From an uncultured Verrucomicrobiae bacterium (lineage in GTDB: Bacteria > Verrucomicrobiota > Verrucomicrobiia > Chthoniobacterales > UBA10450), in contig CAVYJY010000008.1 of NCBI GenBank assembly GCA_963768965.1, positions 39,649-103,648 of the forward strand: a stretch of DNA of 64,000 nucleotides, written 5' to 3'. The position numbers and the translations under genes are program-made. The notes under the pieces were generated by a model. It searched no databases, was not told the origin of the DNA, and worked only from the letters and a program-made list of their open reading frames with translations. Below are positions 58,907 through 64,000 of this stretch, piece by piece; the first letter of the stretch is position 1, and every line of letters starts with the position of its first letter.

Positions 58907-61111
58907 TCAGGCGCTGAGGGAATGACCGCCGGCGCTATAGACCATGATGACGCGCCGGAGATCTCCGATCTCCGCCCGCATCGCTTCCAGGGCCGCGAGA
59001 TCTTCCGCCTCGTTAGGCGGAGTGAAGCCTTTTAGGACCAGCGCGGCTTCCTGCGAGCAACTGCGCATCGCCGCGATCCCATCCTCGCCCACGACGATCT
59101 CGAGCTCGGCCGGGACCCGCGCCGCTTCCATCAGCCTGGTCAATTGCTCCCGCGCTTTCGCTTCCTGTTCCGGATCGGCCACGGCGAAGACGAGTCGGAT
59201 GGTATGGTTCCGCCATTCCGGGTTTTGCGCCAGCATGTGGGCGAGGAGCAGCATGAGCGCGCCGTTTTTGCCGCCCTGCCACCAGACGTCGATCGTGCCG
59301 CGCGGCGCGGCCGCGAGCCGTTTCTCTTCGTCGGGGCAATAGACGATGAGCGCGCTGCGCTCGAGTTCGGCGATCCGGCGCAGGACCTGGCAGAAACGCT
59401 CCAGCCGTTTCGGGTTATCGGCCCAGCCCACCAGGACGGTGTTGGGCCGGATGCCGCCGATCCCGCAACATTCCACCAGCGACTCCATGCCATGCAGCAG
59501 GTCGGGCTCGATCACGACCGCGGGGAAAGCCTGCAGATCTTCCCCGGCAATAAATTTGCGCAGCTTGTCTTCCTCCTCGTCGCGGCGCTCGTTTAATTTC
59601 TCGCCCGTCTCTTCCATCACCTGCGCGAGAATCATGATCCCGCGGCCGGCGGTCAGCCAGGAGCCGTACTGCGCGAGGTGATTGCGCCGCCAGGCGCCGC
59701 CGCTGAGGGCGAGGATGATCGGGCGCCAGTTCTTGGGGTGGTAACGCGTATCCTCCAGTTGCAGCAAAGCGCGGCGCGCACGCTCAAACGCGGCCCCGCT
59801 GCGCACGTCGCCCCAGGCGGCGCGGATTTCCTTGCGCGAGATCCACCATTTCAGAAACACCATCGCGCCGATCCCGACCGCGGCCCAGACCGGGTCGAGC
59901 AGGAGCATCGCCGCCACGCAGCCGATCGCGCCGAGGAGCGCGCTCGACCAATGGCTGAGCTTGAAGGACGGGCGATAGCTCGGGTTACGCGTGGCCGACT
60001 CGTAGAAGCAGGCGAGGTTGATCGTGCCGTAGGTGACCATGAAAAACATCGTGATGATCGGCGCGATCGCGTTCAGGTCGCCGAAGACGATCGCGACCTG
60101 CGCGATGATGAGGGTGAGGATGGTGGCGCGGCGGGGCTCATTGCTCGCGCCGCTGCCGCGAGCGAGCGGGCGCAGCCGCGGGAAGATATCGTCGCGCGCC
60201 AACGCCTGCAGGATGCGCGGCGCGCCCATCATGCTCCCGAGCGCGGAGGAGAGCGTGGCCGCAAAAATCCCGGCGTTGATGAGCATGGGAGACCAGGCCA
60301 CCTCGAGAATCACGAGCGGCCTTTCGAGAAGCGCCTCGCGCGGCGTCGCGGCCGCGAAGAGGAACGCCATCGCAATATAAACGACCGCGGTAAATCCGAT
60401 CGCGGCCAGGGTCCCGCGCGGAATCGACTTGGCGGGATTCTGCAGATCGCCCGACATGTTTACCCCCGCCATGATCCCGGTCACGGCCGGGAAAAAGAGC
60501 GCGAACATAATGAAAACGCTCTCGCCGGGCGGGTAGGCCGAGTGCAAATTTGCGCGCAGCGTCGCCTCCGACGCCGCCGGGATGGCGCCGGCAAAAAACG
60601 AAACGAGCGCGAGCGCGAGAATGGCAAGAATGCCGTACTGCACCTTGATCGCCCAGCTCGCGCCGATGTAAACGCAGATGAAAATGCCGACGTTCACGAT
60701 CGTGCCGATGGCGCGGGCGGAGAGCCCGAGGTTGGGAAACAAATTCTGAAACGCCTCCGTGAAACCGATCACGTAAAGCGCGACCGAGATCGCCTGCGCG
60801 AGAAAGAAGACGACGCCGATGGCGCCGCCAAATTCCACCCCGAGACTGCGGCTGATCAGGTAATAAGCACCGCCACCTTTCACTCGGGTGTTCGTCGCCA
60901 GACCCGAGACCGAGAGCGCAGTCAGAGTCGTGATCAACTTCGCCACGAGCACGATGACGATCGCCTGGATCAAGCCCGACTCGCCGACGACGAGGCCGAA
61001 GCGGAGGAACATGATGACGCCGAGAATCGTCAGGGTGCTCGGGGTGAAAACGCCGCCAAACGTGCCGAACTTGGTCGGCGCGGCGGCGGGCGAAGAAGAA
61101 CTGTTGGCCAC
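58907..61111 (-). CDS. APC-superfamily permease with a large cytosolic C-terminal domain (cation-chloride cotransporter/SLC12-like)
   Basis: 734 aa with GTG start. About 12 TM helices with an amino-acid-permease-like pattern (FGTFGGVFTPS..), followed by a soluble domain of about 280 aa. Confidence 0.7.
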   Translation of the reverse strand: MANSSSSPAAAPTKFGTFGGVFTPSTLTILGVIMFLRFGLVVGESGLIQAIVIVLVAKLITTLTALSVSGLATNTRVKGGGAYYLISRSLGVEFGGAIGVVFFLAQAISVALYVIGFTEAFQNLFPNLGLSARAIGTIVNVGIFICVYIGASWAIKVQYGILAILALALVSFFAGAIPAASEATLRANLHSAYPPGESVFIMFALFFPAVTGIMAGVNMSGDLQNPAKSIPRGTLAAIGFTAVVYIAMAFLFAAATPREALLERPLVILEVAWSPMLINAGIFAATLSSALGSMMGAPRILQALARDDIFPRLRPLARGSGASNEPRRATILTLIIAQVAIVFGDLNAIAPIITMFFMVTYGTINLACFYESATRNPSYRPSFKLSHWSSALLGAIGCVAAMLLLDPVWAAVGIGAMVFLKWWISRKEIRAAWGDVRSGAAFERARRALLQLEDTRYHPKNWRPIILALSGGAWRRNHLAQYGSWLTAGRGIMILAQVMEETGEKLNERRDEEEDKLRKFIAGEDLQAFPAVVIEPDLLHGMESLVECCGIGGIRPNTVLVGWADNPKRLERFCQVLRRIAELERSALIVYCPDEEKRLAAAPRGTIDVWWQGGKNGALMLLLAHMLAQNPEWRNHTIRLVFAVADPEQEAKAREQLTRLMEAARVPAELEIVVGEDGIAAMRSCSQEAALVLKGFTPPNEAEDLAALEAMRAEIGDLRRVIMVYSAGGHSLSA

Positions 61112-61129
61112 TCGAGTCAGAGTTTTTAC

Positions 61130-61898
61130 CTACGAGTCTGCCCGAAGTCGAAGCGGAAAGATCGTCACCTCCACTCCGCGCGACATGATGACGTGATCGG
61201 GCGCGCGCCCGGTGGGAGCGAAGCCGTCGAGCGCGAGGAGGCGATCGTCCCAGGCCGTCACGCTCGCTTCGCAAAGCGGATACGGCTGATGGAAAACCGC
61301 GCCGCGGAAAGAGGCGGCCGTTTCCGTGCGCGTAAAGCCGGTAGCGTTCGATGAGAAAGAATTCGAGCGAACCGGGCGCGGCCGCCGGCAATTCCGAGCC
61401 GGGCGCGTATTCGAAGATCGTCGGCTCCAGGCTGCCGACGCGGAGCGAACGATAATGGATCGCGCCCGATTCCGTACGGCTCGATTCCATCGCCGCGTGC
61501 TCGTAGGGGAGATGAAAAAAGCGCCGCGCAATTTTCACCGCCAGCGGCTGATTGGCATCGAGCGAATAAAACCACACTCCCGGCACGCCGGCGTCGTCGT
61601 GCACGTAAGTGCGCACGTTTAGCTCCATGAAATTCGACAGCCGCGGGAAGCCGGGGAGAAAGCGCGGGCGCACCTTGCGCATGAAAAACGGCACGATCCC
61701 GAGCCAGGCTTTGCCGCCGAAAGTATCGACATGCAAACCCTCCGGCAGCGTCGCCCGGATCGCCGCGGCCGGATATTCCCAATGCAGGAATAGCAGATCG
61801 CGCCATTGCTGATACATCGCCGGCCGCCCCACCGGGCGCGCCCGGACCGCGAGCCGCTGTTGCTCGTTAGGCGAGAACGCAGTCGCGGCGGTGCTCAT
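61130..61898 (-). pseudogene. DUF2071 (YgjF/YqjF-like) family protein, interrupted by a 1-nt insertion
   Basis: N-terminal part ..WRDLLFLHWEYP...FMELNVRTYV.. continues in the 61130-61531 ORF (..RGAVFHQPYPLCEASV..VEVTIFPL). The frames join if one C is removed from sense CTCTTTCCGCGGC (plus-strand GG 61296-61297). The remainder of the 586-aa track ORF is out-of-frame read-through into the permease gene. Confidence 0.65.
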
Positions 61899-62017
61899 CT
61901 CCCGTCACGCTACAGCGAAATGGCGGCGAAGGAAAAATCCGCGCGCCCCCTCCGGCCGGGCCGCGCGCGGTTGATTTGTATCGACCTGGCGCGGCCTGTT
62001 CGGGAATGCTCGCCGCC

Positions 62018-62191
62018 ATGTCCAAGACTCTCCTTTACTCCCTGGCCGCAGTCGGCGACCTCGTCCTCGCCTACTTTTTCTTCCGCAGCGGACGCCTCCT
62101 CATTCCGGGGATTCTGGTCCTGGCCGCCGTTTTCTTTATCATCGCGGCGACGGGCAGCGCACTTGGCCGGGGCGGCCCGCCCAGAACCTGA
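62018..62191 (+). CDS. Small two-TM membrane protein (57 aa)
   Basis: MSKTLLYSLAAVGDLVLAYFFFRSGRLLIPGILVLAAVFFIIAATG. ORF only. Confidence 0.4.
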   Translation: MSKTLLYSLAAVGDLVLAYFFFRSGRLLIPGILVLAAVFFIIAATGSALGRGGPPRT

Positions 62192-62214
62192 CCCCCCCGC
62201 GGCGTCATGCTCGT

Positions 62215-62577
62215 TTAAAAAATGAGCACCTGATAGCCGTCGTCGATCAGCTTCTTGAAGCTCGGGTGGCCCTTGAATTCATCGATCAGCGGAATGCCGA
62301 CCGCCTCGATTTTCTCCGTCATCTTGTAGGCGCCCGCGCAATAACTGCAGGCGCCTTCCACCTGCCCGCGCACTTTTTCGAAGAGCTCGTTGTATTTGTG
62401 ATCCGCGGCCGCGAACGCTGCCGCCGCCTGGGTGCCGGCGCCGTCGAAAATGATCTTCGCCGAATCGGTCCCGCCCTCTTTCACATATTCGTAGGCGCCC
62501 ATGAAGGCGTTGACGACGCGCCCCATGCTCTCGTGGGTATCGCCCGCGGCGAGGATGATGAATGCTGCTTTTGACAT
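62215..62577 (-). CDS. DsrE/DsrF-like family protein
   Basis: MSKAAFIILAAGDTHESMGRV... 120 aa with a conserved Cys pair (ACSYCAGAY). The ATG at 62577 was chosen. Confidence 0.6.
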   Translation of the reverse strand: MSKAAFIILAAGDTHESMGRVVNAFMGAYEYVKEGGTDSAKIIFDGAGTQAAAAFAAADHKYNELFEKVRGQVEGACSYCAGAYKMTEKIEAVGIPLIDEFKGHPSFKKLIDDGYQVLIF

Positions 62578-62720
62578 AACTAAAATTTCCTCCGGTGAAA
62601 AACTTCCTGCGCTAAAAAACACGTCCGCGCATTGCTCCCGGACGCAAGCGCCGCGGGCTCCGGCGACGAATCTTTTTTAAAGACGAGAGAACATCCCTCG
62701 TCGCGTTAGGAGACAAATTT

Positions 62721-63119
62721 ATGAGCTACATCAAACAAATGTTCGAATCGCACCCGGTGAATCCCTCCTCGGACCACGCCACCAACATCGAGTGCATCAC
62801 CGCCTGCTATTCCTGCGCGGAAGCCTGCAATGCCTGCGCCGACGCCTGCCTCGGCGAAAAAAACGTCGCCGACATGGTGTCATGCATTCGCGACTGCACC
62901 GATTGCGCCGACGTCTGCCTGGTCACGGCGCGGATCGTCTCGCGCTTCACCCGCACCGATTTCAAGCTCGCCGGCGCCCAGCTCCGCGCCTGCATCCAGG
63001 CCTGCCAAAGCTGCGGGGCGGAGTGCGAGAAACACGGCGCGAAGATGGAACATTGCCGCGTCTGCGCCGAAGCCTGCCGCCGCTGCGAGGAAGCCTGCGA
63101 GGCTTTGCTGGCGGAATAA
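62721..63119 (+). CDS. Cys-rich four-helix-bundle protein (DUF326; copper-binding type)
   Basis: Repeated CxxxCxxC motifs (CITACYSCAEACNACADAC, CIRDCTDCADVC, CIQACQSCGAEC, CRVCAEACRRCEEAC). AGGAG sits 8 nt upstream of the ATG. Confidence 0.8.
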   Translation: MSYIKQMFESHPVNPSSDHATNIECITACYSCAEACNACADACLGEKNVADMVSCIRDCTDCADVCLVTARIVSRFTRTDFKLAGAQLRACIQACQSCGAECEKHGAKMEHCRVCAEACRRCEEACEALLAE

Positions 63120-63139
63120 GGCACCGGGGCAAAAAAAAC

Positions 63140-63161
63140 GCGGGGCCATCATTGGCCCCGC
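63140..63161 (-). terminator. Intrinsic terminator oriented for minus-strand transcription
   Basis: Stem GCGGGGCCA/TGGCCCCGC with a 4-nt loop. On the minus strand it is followed by T8 (plus-strand A8 at 63131-63138). There is no U-run for the plus-strand direction. Confidence 0.7.
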
Positions 63162-63296
63162 TCAAAAGCTGACGGAAGGAAACGTCAAGTTTAGGTGTTT
63201 ATAAGTGACCTCCGAGCTTTGCGCAGTATTTAGCAGCCGCTGTGCCAGCCTTGCGGCGAATTGATTCACATCGGCCACCCGCAAGCGCATAGCCGT

Positions 63297-63318
63297 CTTC
63301 GGTCCTAGCCGAATAGAC
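63297..63318 (+). repeat. 22-nt direct repeat, left copy (CTTCGGTCCTAGCCGAATAGAC)
   Basis: 20/22 identical to 63823-63844. The two copies bracket the LuxR-family gene. Confidence 0.75.
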
Positions 63319-63350
63319 CGCGGGCGCGCGCACGGCTGAGACTTCGCGGC

Positions 63351-63794
63351 GTGACGCGCCGGAAAAAGTCAGCCTCCAAGACCGGCCCGGGCAAACCACT
63401 CTCCGCCCACGAAGCCGGCAAGCTCTCGGCCCGGGTGCGCGAAGAACCTGCCACCACGGAAGCTTACGGCGCCCGCACGTGGAGCCGTGAGGAGGAACTC
63501 CTCGACAATCTCACTCCTGGCGAAATGGAAGTGCTCGCGCTCATGGCCGAGCGGCTGACTAACGAGACCATCGCGGACCGGCGGAAGGTGGGATTGTCCA
63601 CGATCGAGAAACACATCGAGAACATTTACCCGAAGCTTTTGGTCAACACGCGCGCCGATGCCGTCGCTCTCTACCTCCATGCACAGCAGGAACGTTCGCG
63701 CCGTGAGCTGACCGAGCTCCGCCGGGAAAATGCCCGGCTCATCCGCCAGAACGCGGCCCTTCAAGCCGAAATCCGGCGGCGCCGCGGTGGTTGA
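63351..63794 (+). CDS. LuxR/FixJ-family HTH transcriptional regulator with a C-terminal coiled-coil
   Basis: LTPGEMEVLALMAERLTNETIADRRKVGLSTIEKHIENIYPKLLV is the GerE-type HTH. GTG start; the exact start is uncertain. Confidence 0.7.
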   Translation: MTRRKKSASKTGPGKPLSAHEAGKLSARVREEPATTEAYGARTWSREEELLDNLTPGEMEVLALMAERLTNETIADRRKVGLSTIEKHIENIYPKLLVNTRADAVALYLHAQQERSRRELTELRRENARLIRQNAALQAEIRRRRGG

Positions 63795-63822
63795 TCGCAG
63801 CGCCGCCCGCGCCGCGCCAATT

Positions 63823-63844
63823 CTTCGGTCGCAGCCGAATAGAC
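63823..63844 (+). repeat. 22-nt direct repeat, right copy (CTTCGGTCGCAGCCGAATAGAC)
   Basis: See 63297-63318. Confidence 0.75.
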
Positions 63845-64000
63845 GCTTCCTTCGGGATTCGCGCACACTCCCGCTCTCGTCTCCACAGCTCATGATCTTG
63901 CGAGGAAAATCCCTGGTTCCATTCGCGCGAACGCCGCGGAGAGCCGCGGGACGATTTTGCGGCGCCGCGCGCCGTTCCCAAAACCGCACATAACCGCGCG

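Noticed and set aside
60138-61129. C-terminal two-thirds of the 586-aa minus-strand ORF
   Set aside because: It is out-of-frame read-through of the DUF2071 gene into the permease gene after the frameshift near 61296. The translation is Arg/Gly-rich nonsense.
59678-61354. 558-aa plus-strand ORF
   Set aside because: It is antisense to the 12-TM permease gene. It is a highly charged Arg/Asp/Glu shadow ORF.
63199-63399. 66-aa minus-strand ORF between DUF326 and LuxR
   Set aside because: It overlaps the start of the LuxR ORF, has a shadow-ORF composition and ends about 40 nt before the terminator. The shorter ORF at 63162-63290 or a non-coding RNA fits the terminator better.

Overview
High-GC (by eye about 60-65%) chromosomal segment from a Gram-negative bacterium. 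Gene content and repeat style (PATAN/DUF4388 response regulator, giant Calx-beta protein, Thr/Pro-linker exoproteins, PAP2-GT39-GT2 envelope cluster) suggest a PVC/Verrucomicrobia-like environmental organism; this is inference only. I support about 55 protein genes, mostly housekeeping: rpmE-prfA-prmC-murA, nfo, accA, sucB-lpdA, PBP1A, kdsD, efp, treY, argS, ptsN, hisC-mnmE-pyrD. There is one tRNA-Leu(CAG). I see no rRNA, CRISPR, prophage or recognisable defence island. Seven things go beyond routine annotation. (1) The non-palindromic 9-mer TCGTTAGGC/GCCTAACGA occurs about once per kb on both strands, in all reading frames and in intergenic DNA. It forces rare codons and supplies stop codons for at least 7 genes, so it looks like an uptake-signal-like or architectural genome word. 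(2) Four Sec-signal proteins between 41.2 and 56.8 kb have unrelated N-terminal heads (cyclophilin, FN3, TIM-barrel-like, 12x Calx-beta). All four end in the same tandem pair of roughly 125-aa modules (NISTR..GDNV.IGGFI..NDNW..ESA..PG.YTA..LVEVY.L), which I cannot assign to a named family. (3) A RAYT (REP-associated tyrosine transposase) gene is flanked by its own REPIN doublets. Four more REPIN copies and three further palindromic repeat families are also present. (4) A 430-bp nested palindrome contains a REP hairpin inside inverted hexanucleotide microsatellite arrays inside a split REPIN. (5) Eight single-base insertions break six genes, including three in argS; five of the eight lie within 34.1-38.4 kb. 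Assembly indel error is the most likely cause, and real gene decay is the alternative. (6) A 22-nt direct repeat brackets a LuxR-family gene. (7) An orphan minus-strand intrinsic terminator lies behind an AT-rich, gene-poor 200 bp. All coordinates and counts were derived by eye from the sequence and the ORF track; no homology search was run.
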